Source: a virus
Taxonomy: Duplodnaviria > Caudoviricetes
Strand: one strand, 5' to 3'
DNA length: 25,403 nucleotides
Virus record (IMG/VR): IMGVR_UViG_3300042306_000660
Location: 1-25,403 of that record
Part shown: positions 1-8,615 of the stretch, one piece after another
Layout: each line of letters starts with the position of its first letter
How positions within the stretch are numbered: position 1 is the first letter of the stretch
Notes under the pieces: model-generated
What the model was told of the DNA's origin: nothing
Databases searched by the model: none
The model's input: the letters and a program-made list of their open reading frames with translations, nothing else
Translations under genes and position numbers: made by a program

Positions 1-17
1 TAACCGTAAGAATTGTA

Positions 18-710
18 ATGAAAATAGGTGTTGGGGGGTGTTCACACTCATCTTACGGTTATGGGGACCCATGGCATAAATTTATGGGCCACAAGTTGGG
101 TGTCGAAATCATCAAATCATCATCCTCAGGAGGAGGTAATGAGATGAATATTGAAAAAATTAAGTACATTTTTGACAAGAATCCCGACTTAGATGTTTTT
201 GTTTTACAACTTACGGAACCATCTCGATTTGTTTTTGGAATGGAAGATTTTAACAATAGTCATGAAAAAACCGATTGTGTGTTGGACTGCCCAACGTTTT
301 TCAACGGAGTTAAATACTATACCGCTGTCGGTAATAAAAATGATGAAAGATTAAAAAAAAGGACAAATATTGACGTTAAATTTGATCAATTATTTAAGAA
401 TCACATTTACGTTTCCAATTATAACACCAAATATAAATTTTTACATACACTAATGTCAATTCAACATTTAGCAAATTACTACAATAAAAAAATAATCTTT
501 TTTAGTTGGTTTGTCGATGTTAAAGAATTGGCACAATCGGTTGGTTATCAACACATAATAGAAAAAATGACAATACTTGACGGATATGTTATGGATTTTG
601 TTAAAAGAAATAATATCCCCGCATTACCAAGAGATAGTCATTATGGGACAACATCACACGAAATAATATTTAACGATTACATATATCCACAACTAAAAAA
701 TTTAATTTAA
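18..710 (+). CDS. SGNH/GDSL-like hydrolase-fold hypothetical protein
   Basis: N-terminal GGCSHS (block I G-x-S), GGGN block II-like segment and C-terminal DSH (D-x-H); same layout as 12344..13129. Confidence 0.5.
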   Translation: MKIGVGGCSHSSYGYGDPWHKFMGHKLGVEIIKSSSSGGGNEMNIEKIKYIFDKNPDLDVFVLQLTEPSRFVFGMEDFNNSHEKTDCVLDCPTFFNGVKYYTAVGNKNDERLKKRTNIDVKFDQLFKNHIYVSNYNTKYKFLHTLMSIQHLANYYNKKIIFFSWFVDVKELAQSVGYQHIIEKMTILDGYVMDFVKRNNIPALPRDSHYGTTSHEIIFNDYIYPQLKNLI

Positions 711-715
711 AACAA

Positions 716-1408
716 ATGGAACCAGATTTCAAACCAGTAAAAAGTGTTTACAACAGTAACTACGAAGCAATTAAGAACATTATGTTCCTCTATAATATCG
801 AAAGATTCGATTTAGATTGTACGTACTCAAAGGGAAATTTTTGGAAGGACTTACCCTCACCCGTTAATAAATCTGACATCTACCCTGTTAATGATACGGT
901 TGTTGAAGCAAGTTCAGAAAAATTACCATTTGGTAATGGTTCAATGAGGAGTATTATGTTTGACCCACCATTCGTAATTGCCGGTAAATCATATAAAGGT
1001 AATAAGGAAGGTAGCTCAATCATTGCCAAGAGATTTGAGGGTTATGAGACATATAACCATCTAAAAAACCATTATTATAACACTTTGAAGGAGTTGTATC
1101 GAATCTGTGAGAAAGGTGGGTATGTGGTCTTTAAATGTCAAGATACGGTATCGGGCGGAAAGAATCACTTCTCTCACGTTATGGTAATGAATATGGCTCA
1201 AGAGTTGGGGTTCTACCCAAGAGACTTATTCATCTTAACATCTAACGTTCGTATTAATAGTTTTGGAACTAAGTGGACTAAACAAGAACATGCTCGTAAG
1301 TACCATTCATACTTTTGGGTATTTGAGAAAGTAAAACCAAGAGTGAAATACGATAACCCTGTTGAGGTGGTTACCGAACAGGATTCAATGGAGTTCCTAA
1401 ATACATAG
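716..1408 (+). CDS. Amino (N6-adenine/N4-cytosine) DNA methyltransferase-like protein
   Basis: Catalytic DPPF motif (MFDPPF), degenerate SAM-binding DCTYSKG segment, ELYRI..KGG..VFK segment; TAG stop overlaps the convergent gene. Confidence 0.7.
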   Translation: MEPDFKPVKSVYNSNYEAIKNIMFLYNIERFDLDCTYSKGNFWKDLPSPVNKSDIYPVNDTVVEASSEKLPFGNGSMRSIMFDPPFVIAGKSYKGNKEGSSIIAKRFEGYETYNHLKNHYYNTLKELYRICEKGGYVVFKCQDTVSGGKNHFSHVMVMNMAQELGFYPRDLFILTSNVRINSFGTKWTKQEHARKYHSYFWVFEKVKPRVKYDNPVEVVTEQDSMEFLNT

Positions 1409-1736
1409 CAACTTTGTCACCAACCTTCCAATTGGTGGCGGTGCCTGCGGGAAATTCAATTACATGGTCCCCAATACCTGTGTACCTCGGTGGGTTGGTC
1501 CAATGACTATCAGGAGCCTCGCAGTTTGTGTGTATTCGACTTATACGATTGTTTAAAACAAAGATTATGTCGAGAGGTATTAAACAATTCTTCATCCAAA
1601 ATGAATGATGACCTTTACCCATATTAAAAACCATACAACCACTTAATGAGTCTCTACCCATCATACCTTTACGAATGTCTTCTGGTGTTTTTAGGTATTC
1701 GGCTTCAAATGTTTGGTTGTTAATGTGTACTGACAT
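1371..1736 (-). CDS. DUF192 family protein
   Basis: KGMMGR..L..GCMVF, SFWMKNCLIPLDIIF and VIEFPAG motifs typical of DUF192. Confidence 0.85.
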   Translation of the reverse strand: MSVHINNQTFEAEYLKTPEDIRKGMMGRDSLSGCMVFNMGKGHHSFWMKNCLIPLDIIFVLNNRISRIHTNCEAPDSHWTNPPRYTGIGDHVIEFPAGTATNWKVGDKVAMYLGTPLNPVR

Positions 1737-1747
1737 ATCTATAATTA

Positions 1748-1779
1748 TTTGGTTTTTTGAAATAAAATTAGTATAATTG
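1748..1779 (+). promoter_or_regulatory. Bacteroidota sigma70-like promoter (variant -7 element)
   Basis: TTTG (1748-1751), 20-nt spacer, TATAATTG (1772-1779); ATG at 1784. Confidence 0.5.
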
Positions 1780-1783
1780 AATT

Positions 1784-2050
1784 ATGGAAAATATATTTGG
1801 GGGATTGATTGAATTCGAAACAGAAAATGAGTTTGATGAATTTGTTAAAGACATCAACGAAAAAAACGCACTATCAATTATTGAAAAGGCTATTGAATAT
1901 GGTCACCATAATAATTTATATTCGGTGCAAGAAACGTATTTTATTTATAAATGTTTAAAAAAATTAAAAGATTATGCAAATAAAAATCAGGGAGATAGTA
2001 TACATAATGATGATACTAACGGGGATATTAGTTCAGAGGTACGGTCTTAA
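1784..2050 (+). CDS. Hypothetical protein
   Basis: 88-aa ORF directly behind a promoter-like motif; no recognisable motif. Confidence 0.6.
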   Translation: MENIFGGLIEFETENEFDEFVKDINEKNALSIIEKAIEYGHHNNLYSVQETYFIYKCLKKLKDYANKNQGDSIHNDDTNGDISSEVRS

Positions 2051-2156
2051 AGGAGCCGACCCCGAATTGGTAAAGTATTTTGGTTGGGGAGCAATCAGTT
2101 TAGGGTCATTTAACATTGTATTGGATTACATTAGAAAACCTAAAAAGAATAAATAA
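1974..2156 (+). CDS. Small membrane protein
   Basis: 60 aa, two hydrophobic segments and a basic C-terminus; overlaps the previous ORF by 77 nt. Confidence 0.55.
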   Translation: MQIKIREIVYIMMILTGILVQRYGLKGADPELVKYFGWGAISLGSFNIVLDYIRKPKKNK

Positions 2157-2157
2157 G

Positions 2158-2856
2158 ATGGATACAATTACAAGTTACGACGACTTAGTTCAACATCTAA
2201 TTGATAATAAAATTACGATGGTTCGCCCCGATGAATTTAAAACGATATTCAACCATCATTCTGAAATATCCAAAGTAGATGGAGATATAGTAGAGTGTGG
2301 TGTTTGGAGGGGTGGATTTTCAATATTTTTAAGTTATGTTTTTCAGGATAAAAATATTTGGGTATGTGATTCATATGAAGGGTTCCAACCTATTGAAATT
2401 GCTAAACATAGTTATGATAGGGAAAGACACACAAATCATTACACACACAATTCTGTTGGTCCGATAGCCATTAGTTTAGAAGAAGTTCAATCACACTTTA
2501 AATCATATGGATTAGGTGATGACAAACGAATTAAATTTTTAAAAGGATTTGTTAAAGATACTCTACCGACATCTGGAATAGAAAAAGTATCCTTATTAAG
2601 GATAGATGTGGACGCATTTTCCGCCACACTAGAAACTTTAGAAGAATTATATGATAAGGTACAACCAGGTGGATATATTATATTTGACGATTCTGGTCTA
2701 TATGAATCCTTAGATGCGATTAGAGTATTTTTTAAACAAAGAGATATACCTGAATTCTTAAACCATCCCGTAACCAATCAACAATTAGATATTAATTTAA
2801 GGTATACAAATGATGACTCGGGTTTACCACCAGGTTGTTATATTATAAAAAAATAA
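2158..2856 (+). CDS. TylF/MycF/NovP-family SAM-dependent O-methyltransferase
   Basis: GDIVECGVWRGG, DSYEG, KGFVKDTLP, LLRIDVD, PGGYIIFDD motifs; ATG at 2158 follows the upstream stop. Confidence 0.9.
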   Translation: MDTITSYDDLVQHLIDNKITMVRPDEFKTIFNHHSEISKVDGDIVECGVWRGGFSIFLSYVFQDKNIWVCDSYEGFQPIEIAKHSYDRERHTNHYTHNSVGPIAISLEEVQSHFKSYGLGDDKRIKFLKGFVKDTLPTSGIEKVSLLRIDVDAFSATLETLEELYDKVQPGGYIIFDDSGLYESLDAIRVFFKQRDIPEFLNHPVTNQQLDINLRYTNDDSGLPPGCYIIKK

Positions 2857-2861
2857 ATAAA

Positions 2862-3056
2862 ATGAAAAAGAAATATTACAAAGACTTTTTTATTTACAAG
2901 AAAAAACATCATTGGTTTTTAATTCCAACAATTGTTTTCTTTTATAATAAAACGGAGTTTCTTGAGACAGGTGTAACATCACCATCTTGGGGATTAACAA
3001 TTAGATGGTTAACGTATATGATAGGAATACAAATACAACAAGGATATGGAAAATAA
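2862..3056 (+). CDS. Hypothetical protein
   Basis: Short ORF tiling between neighbours; ATG at 2862 in A-rich context. Confidence 0.55.
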   Translation: MKKKYYKDFFIYKKKHHWFLIPTIVFFYNKTEFLETGVTSPSWGLTIRWLTYMIGIQIQQGYGK

Positions 3057-3417
3057 TAATGGAGGTGTATTAATAATTGGATTAATAATTGGGGCACTCA
3101 TCGGTGTGTTTGTTTCATTAACGTATTTTAATGATAAACCCATACCCGTTGTGACAACAAACATATGTAAGGAAGATTCGTTACAAAACGTAATTATTGA
3201 ATTACAAATGGATTTGAAAATGCAATCAGATGGGTTTGATTCCAAAGAGAGAAGATATGAAGATATTTTATTTGAATATGAATATGGAGTTGACCATTTA
3301 AAGAACTATCAACCACAAGCATATAGAGAGTTCCACAGAATTTTATCTCATAAAGAAAATTTCAGCAGAAAAGACGAACAAGATAATATAAAAAGGTTGG
3401 AGACGCCAAAATGGTAA
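3046..3417 (+). CDS. Membrane-anchored hypothetical protein
   Basis: N-terminal hydrophobic helix followed by a polar helical region. Confidence 0.65.
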   Translation: MENNNGGVLIIGLIIGALIGVFVSLTYFNDKPIPVVTTNICKEDSLQNVIIELQMDLKMQSDGFDSKERRYEDILFEYEYGVDHLKNYQPQAYREFHRILSHKENFSRKDEQDNIKRLETPKW

Positions 3418-3419
3418 AC

Positions 3420-4508
3420 ATGAATAGATTAGATAAAAGATATCAAGATTTATTACAAGATATTTTAGATAATGGAGTCGTAAAAACGGACAGAACAGGT
3501 ACTGGAACCATTTCAGTATTTGGTAGACAAATTAAACATAAGATGTCACAAGGGTTTCCATTACTAACCACAAAGAAAATTGCGTGGAATACAATGGTAA
3601 CGGAGTTGTTATGGTTTCTTAAAGGAGACACCAACATCAAATATCTCGTAGATAACAATTGTCACATTTGGGATGGTGATGCGTATAAGAGTTATCAAAA
3701 TATAACCAAAATAGAAATCGCCTTAAATAAGGCCATGAACAATCATCCGCGTTATAACTTATCAAAAGAAGATTTTATTGGGAAAATAAAAACGGATAAT
3801 GAGTTTGCAAAGGAGTGGGGGGATTTAGGACTTATTTATGGTAAACAATGGAGAGATTGGAATGGTTTTGACCAAATTCAAAATCTAATTGATGAACTTA
3901 AAACAAACCCAGACTCAAGACGATTGATGGTAAGTGCTTGGAATGTGGGTGAGTTGGACCATATGGTACTTCCACCTTGTCATTATGGGTTTCAAGTGTA
4001 TACTAGAAAATTAACAGGTGAAGAGATGTGGATTTTATTAAAGAAAAAAGTGGGAGAAGAAAAGTTCCAATTAATGGTTGATGACATTGTTCCATTTGGT
4101 GGTGGGTTAAGTGAAGAGTTAGAATCATATAAAATACCTAAACGAGCAATATCATTGATGTGGAGTCAAAGATCTGTCGACACATTCTTAGGATTACCAT
4201 TCAACATTGCTTCATATGGTTTATTGTTAGAGATACTTGCTAATGAAGTTAATATGATACCAGAAGATTTAATTGGTAATTTGGGAGACGTTCATCTATA
4301 CTCCAATCACATTGAACAAGCTAAAGAACAAATCAAAAGAGAACCATATAAGAACTTACCGGTGTTAAAATTCGGTCCAATACAATTGGCACATTTTGAA
4401 CATCATGTGGACACATTCGAACACCATATACAAAATTCACAACCACATCAATTTATTATAGATGGTTACGAATCACATCCGGTAATAAAGGCACCATTAA
4501 GTAATTAA
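3420..4508 (+). CDS. thyA: Thymidylate synthase
   Basis: DRTGTGT, FPLLTTKK, ELLWFL, DSRR, catalytic LPPCH, QRSVDTFLGLPFNIASY and GDVHLY motifs; alternative start at 3411. Confidence 0.97.
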   Translation: MNRLDKRYQDLLQDILDNGVVKTDRTGTGTISVFGRQIKHKMSQGFPLLTTKKIAWNTMVTELLWFLKGDTNIKYLVDNNCHIWDGDAYKSYQNITKIEIALNKAMNNHPRYNLSKEDFIGKIKTDNEFAKEWGDLGLIYGKQWRDWNGFDQIQNLIDELKTNPDSRRLMVSAWNVGELDHMVLPPCHYGFQVYTRKLTGEEMWILLKKKVGEEKFQLMVDDIVPFGGGLSEELESYKIPKRAISLMWSQRSVDTFLGLPFNIASYGLLLEILANEVNMIPEDLIGNLGDVHLYSNHIEQAKEQIKREPYKNLPVLKFGPIQLAHFEHHVDTFEHHIQNSQPHQFIIDGYESHPVIKAPLSN

Positions 4509-4511
4509 GTT

Positions 4512-5003
4512 ATGAAAGAAAAATTAAAAGAAATTATAATATTAATAATTGTTTTATCACTACTAACAATTTCAGCGTTTAGTCAAAATCAATTTAATGA
4601 CTACGTTAATTATTCTAAAAATGATACCAATAAATTAACCCCATTATCCTCATTTGTGATGAGTTGGTATGGTGTTAAGTATAAGTTAGGTGGAAGTACC
4701 AAAAAGGGTATTGATTGTTCTCAGTTCACCAAGAAATTATATTGGGAAGTGTATGGTCTAAAATTGGGTAATAATTGTGCCGAACAGTGGAAACAAACCA
4801 CCAGAATTAAACGAGATAGTTTAAAGATAGGTGACATTGTATTCTTTAGAAGTAGACAGAGTCCGACTGGTTGGCACTGTGGATTGTATTTGGGAGATGA
4901 TACCTTTGCACATGCCGCAAATAAACAGGAGGGGGTTAAAATAAGTAGTTTATCTGAACCCCGTTATAGTCACAATTTTAAAGGTGCAGGTCGTTTAGAT
5001 TAA
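4512..5003 (+). CDS. NlpC/P60 family cysteine peptidase with signal peptide
   Basis: YKLGG...GIDCS, GDIVFF, HCGLYLG, HA catalytic motifs; hydrophobic N-terminus ending SAFSQ. Confidence 0.93.
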   Translation: MKEKLKEIIILIIVLSLLTISAFSQNQFNDYVNYSKNDTNKLTPLSSFVMSWYGVKYKLGGSTKKGIDCSQFTKKLYWEVYGLKLGNNCAEQWKQTTRIKRDSLKIGDIVFFRSRQSPTGWHCGLYLGDDTFAHAANKQEGVKISSLSEPRYSHNFKGAGRLD

Positions 5004-5128
5004 CGACCCTGACCCTTGTATTTCTTTGGTTTTTGGTCCTTAGGACCGTAAGATTTACGAGCTTTACCCGTTGTTTTTTTACCAAATGATACCTTCATTG
5101 CTGAAGAACTTCCCTTTGCTTTTGCCAT
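5000..5128 (-). CDS. 42-aa Lys-rich micro-protein (not in ORF track)
   Basis: Translated by hand: MAKAKGSSSAMKVSFGKKTTGKARKSYGPKDQKPKKYKGQGR; fills the gap exactly, its stop overlaps the NlpC stop (TTAA 5000-5003), and a TACTTAT motif lies upstream. Confidence 0.75.
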   Translation of the reverse strand: MAKAKGSSSAMKVSFGKKTTGKARKSYGPKDQKPKKYKGQGR

Positions 5129-5174
5129 AATTTTAATAATTTAGTATCAATAAGTATTTCTTAAATATTTTTTG

Positions 5175-5182
5175 TATATTTG
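5175..5182 (+). promoter_or_regulatory. Bacteroidota-type -7 element
   Basis: TATATTTG matches TAnnTTTG, 18 nt before ATG 5201; no clear -33 TTTG. Confidence 0.45.
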
Positions 5183-5200
5183 TACACTAAACTTACGAAA

Positions 5201-7090
5201 ATGGAGGAGATTATAACCCAAAAATTCACCTACGCAACAATAACGGTTTTCAAGGATTATTGTAAGCTAATCGATAAGGAAAAATCATTAAGTTCGATGG
5301 GGGTTGATTTAGACTCACTTGATGGTGATGATGATGTGTTTGAAAGTACCGTGAGACTCATGAAGTTCACTATAGATGATTTAAGGAGACCAACGGTCGG
5401 TAGAACAACGGAATTCCCCGAAAAGGTGGGAAAAAGAAAAACAAAATTTTTCTACGCTAAACCTGGTGTAAACGAACGTTCCATAATAAACTACGCAATT
5501 AGAAATTTTGAAACCAGAGACGATAGACACATTAAAAAACACTATGGTAATCCGTTTAGCGAAATTACCGTTAATACAATTGAACGTTCTATCAGGAGAC
5601 ACGGAGATAAAGTAACAATTAAAGTTTATCGTCACAATAGTCACAGAGCATTTAATAACATTTACTTTAGGAAATCGACAAGTGTGGAGTCAGTAACGTT
5701 CAATACAAATAATGGTAACTTTACCACACTTAGTATGAATAAAAGTGGGAGGAAAACAACCAAGACATTTAGAATCAACAACTTCAATTTTTTTGAAACG
5801 CAATTCAAAGACGGCGGAATTTTAAGTATGAGAAAATCATTGAGTGACGATTCGGTTCTGCTAAATGAATATAATGAGACATTTAATAATACGGATTTTA
5901 TTTTTGAAATAGATAAGGTATTCAACCTAAATCAGAATTTTAGTTTTAATGGTACATGGTTCGTACAATTAATGTTACAACGTTTTGTTGAATTAAAGAA
6001 AATCAAAGTTTCGAATGATTATGATTATTGGATTAAAAAATATTACCCAACAGAAAAGTTTTTAAAGAAAAATGAAAGAAAACTAATTGCATCAATTTTA
6101 GATATGTTTCAAATCAAATCTAAAATCACAATTAAAATAATGCACGAAAGTAAAAAATTGGACATACACTCATTGGCTAGATTATGTTATTTATTTGGTG
6201 ATAATCACTCTAAGTACATCGGTAGTATTAATTTAGAACACTTTAAAAATTCAACTTATGAAAGTTCAATTAGTTACGGATACCCCAATTTTAAATTTGC
6301 TCAAGAATTGAAAAAAAATAAGTTCAATATATTAAATTCCGAAAAAGAAAATATTGTTAAAATTATAAATAATTTAGATGTTTCGGTTAGAGGGTTCCAA
6401 AGGTTATTAGGTAAAACAGAAACCTTACTTAATTATAATTTTTTAAATGATTTAGAAGATCACTTTAAGATGATTGATAGGTTACGTGAATTTATACCTG
6501 ATTTACATATGAAAGCAAAAACATACGATGATTTTAGAAGTGAACATAGTGAATTATCTAAAATGATATCGATGATTAAAAAGGGTTATGTTATTGAATA
6601 TGTTTTTTCAGATAAGATGGTTAATGATATTGAAAAACCGATAGATTTAAAGATTGATTTGGGGGATGGGAATCACGGAGATATAACATTTTTTCCTTAC
6701 ATCTTAAAACGAGAAGAGGACTATAGTGAAGAAGGGAGTTTCATGCATCATTGTGTTGCCTCATATTCTGATAAAGATAAGTCAATTATCATATCAATTA
6801 GAACTGAAGATAAGTCAGATAGAGTTACATGTGAATTCGATTGTCAAACTGGTTCACTAATACAATCAAGACATTTTTGTAATAATCAACCACCAGAAGA
6901 TATGGCAATGGCGGTTATTGAGTTAACAAAGAAAACAAAGAATCACGCTAGATTGGGATTATTAAATTCAATAAGTAAACAAAAAGTTCCGATTAAAATA
7001 AATGGGGTAGAGGTTAAATCAACACAAAGAGAACCGAGAATGTTAACCGATGTTATGGGAGAAGTCAATAGGTATCTACTGCCTGTTTAA
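5201..7090 (+). CDS. PcfJ-like domain protein (long paralogue)
   Basis: C-terminal EEGSFMHHCVASY...SIIISIR...RVTCEF...QSRHFCN matches the PcfJ-like E-G-x-x-M-x-H-C-V signature; ATG 5201 preferred to TTG 5180. Confidence 0.75.
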   Translation: MEEIITQKFTYATITVFKDYCKLIDKEKSLSSMGVDLDSLDGDDDVFESTVRLMKFTIDDLRRPTVGRTTEFPEKVGKRKTKFFYAKPGVNERSIINYAIRNFETRDDRHIKKHYGNPFSEITVNTIERSIRRHGDKVTIKVYRHNSHRAFNNIYFRKSTSVESVTFNTNNGNFTTLSMNKSGRKTTKTFRINNFNFFETQFKDGGILSMRKSLSDDSVLLNEYNETFNNTDFIFEIDKVFNLNQNFSFNGTWFVQLMLQRFVELKKIKVSNDYDYWIKKYYPTEKFLKKNERKLIASILDMFQIKSKITIKIMHESKKLDIHSLARLCYLFGDNHSKYIGSINLEHFKNSTYESSISYGYPNFKFAQELKKNKFNILNSEKENIVKIINNLDVSVRGFQRLLGKTETLLNYNFLNDLEDHFKMIDRLREFIPDLHMKAKTYDDFRSEHSELSKMISMIKKGYVIEYVFSDKMVNDIEKPIDLKIDLGDGNHGDITFFPYILKREEDYSEEGSFMHHCVASYSDKDKSIIISIRTEDKSDRVTCEFDCQTGSLIQSRHFCNNQPPEDMAMAVIELTKKTKNHARLGLLNSISKQKVPIKINGVEVKSTQREPRMLTDVMGEVNRYLLPV

Positions 7091-7126
7091 ACTTCACAAT
7101 ATCAACGAATCCATATATATTTTTAT

Positions 7127-8521
7127 ATGGATTTATTGTTTAAACACTACCAAGAAAAAAAAGAAACCAAAAGTAATTCTAAGTCAATTTGTGATTTAAA
7201 ATTATTCGGGGACGATAATAAATTAATCTACACCAGTCTTTATCATTTTAATTATCAAAGATATGGTTCAAACAAAAACGTAACGTTTGAACATGTGTTA
7301 GATATCGATATTAATAATGGTGATTTACAAGTCACCTATAAGATAATAAATGAAAATCTTACCGACGATAAGATGTTCAGAAACTCAACAAGAATTAAAA
7401 AAAACGATTTTAGGTTACTATTAGATTTAACGGAAAATGGTTTTGAAAGAGGGGAAAAACGAATCGGTTATTGGGGTGTTAAGTACACAAGATGTACTGA
7501 ACAGATTTTAAACATCATATGTGAAAAGATAAAACATAAATTTAATTCCGACTACACAAAAAATAAAATGTTGAAAGGGGAATACCAGGTCAACTTTTTA
7601 TATGACATGTTAGTTGATTTTCATTTAAACGTTAAAGGAATTAAGGGCCATAACAATGTGTACTTTGATATACAAAATGATTACCCAAAGAAGAAGTGGT
7701 TATTAAAAAACGATAACAAATTTCTACCATCTGTTTTAGATTCATATGGAATCAAATCAAAATTCTTAATAAGTTCTCTTAATAAAACTTTAGAAAGACC
7801 AATACATTTAGCATCATTAAATTATTTGTGTAAATTATTTGGTGAACATCATATTGAATATCTTAAAAAAATTGATTGGGAACTTCATTGTTATGATATA
7901 CCACCAAATAACAAAATACACGAGTTAAAAAATGATTCGGAAAAAAGTTGTATGGTAAAGATTATCAATAATTGGGAGACAGAATCAATTAAGACAGACT
8001 CATTAGTTTATTCACTTAATAAACTTTTTGTCATCCGTGATTTGTTAGAATCAAAAGGAGTTGTATTAAAATTTAAAGCAAAAACAGACAGTGAGTTTGA
8101 AAACCATATGGAATCGTGGTCAGGAATTAAATTTCATTTTGCACGTGGTTATAAAGTAAAGTACGATTTACCGGTAGAATTTATAAACGATATCGAACAG
8201 GAAATAAAAATTGGTAACGATGTCTTTAAACCTAAAGTTTTAGTAAACGAGGATGAGTTTAGATTAGAAGGATATAATATGAAAAATTGTATGTCGAAAC
8301 AATTTCAACATGGATCGTTATATATATTTGTTGCTCTACAATATAAAAGAAAAAGAATCAATTTACAGTACAGAAAAGGTAAATTGGTACAATCCTATGG
8401 GAAGGCAAACACTGCCGTTTTACCTGTATTTAACAACGCCACAGATGTCTTAAGTGATAGATTTAGTAAGTACACAAACATGGAGTGGAAAAAAGAAAAA
8501 TACGACTTTATAAGTCATTGA
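7127..8521 (+). CDS. PcfJ-like domain protein (short paralogue)
   Basis: LEGYNMKNCM...QSYGKAN; several blocks align by eye with 5201..7090. Confidence 0.7.
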   Translation: MDLLFKHYQEKKETKSNSKSICDLKLFGDDNKLIYTSLYHFNYQRYGSNKNVTFEHVLDIDINNGDLQVTYKIINENLTDDKMFRNSTRIKKNDFRLLLDLTENGFERGEKRIGYWGVKYTRCTEQILNIICEKIKHKFNSDYTKNKMLKGEYQVNFLYDMLVDFHLNVKGIKGHNNVYFDIQNDYPKKKWLLKNDNKFLPSVLDSYGIKSKFLISSLNKTLERPIHLASLNYLCKLFGEHHIEYLKKIDWELHCYDIPPNNKIHELKNDSEKSCMVKIINNWETESIKTDSLVYSLNKLFVIRDLLESKGVVLKFKAKTDSEFENHMESWSGIKFHFARGYKVKYDLPVEFINDIEQEIKIGNDVFKPKVLVNEDEFRLEGYNMKNCMSKQFQHGSLYIFVALQYKRKRINLQYRKGKLVQSYGKANTAVLPVFNNATDVLSDRFSKYTNMEWKKEKYDFISH

Positions 8522-8551
8522 TAATCAATCAAAAAAAATATTTTAATTTTT

Positions 8552-8583
8552 TTTGGCATTTCAAGAAATACTTTTTAAATTTG
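8552..8583 (+). promoter_or_regulatory. Bacteroidota sigma70-like promoter
   Basis: TTTG (8552-8555), 20-nt spacer, TAAATTTG (8576-8583): full consensus match. Confidence 0.7.
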
Positions 8584-8615
8584 TCTTGTTCTTAAACTAC
8601 TAAACTAAATAACAA

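Noticed and set aside
3420-4508. thyA as a dCMP hydroxymethylase or base-hypermodification enzyme
   Set aside because: It keeps the dUMP-specifying Asn in PFNIASY and all canonical ThyA motifs; no modification cluster is adjacent
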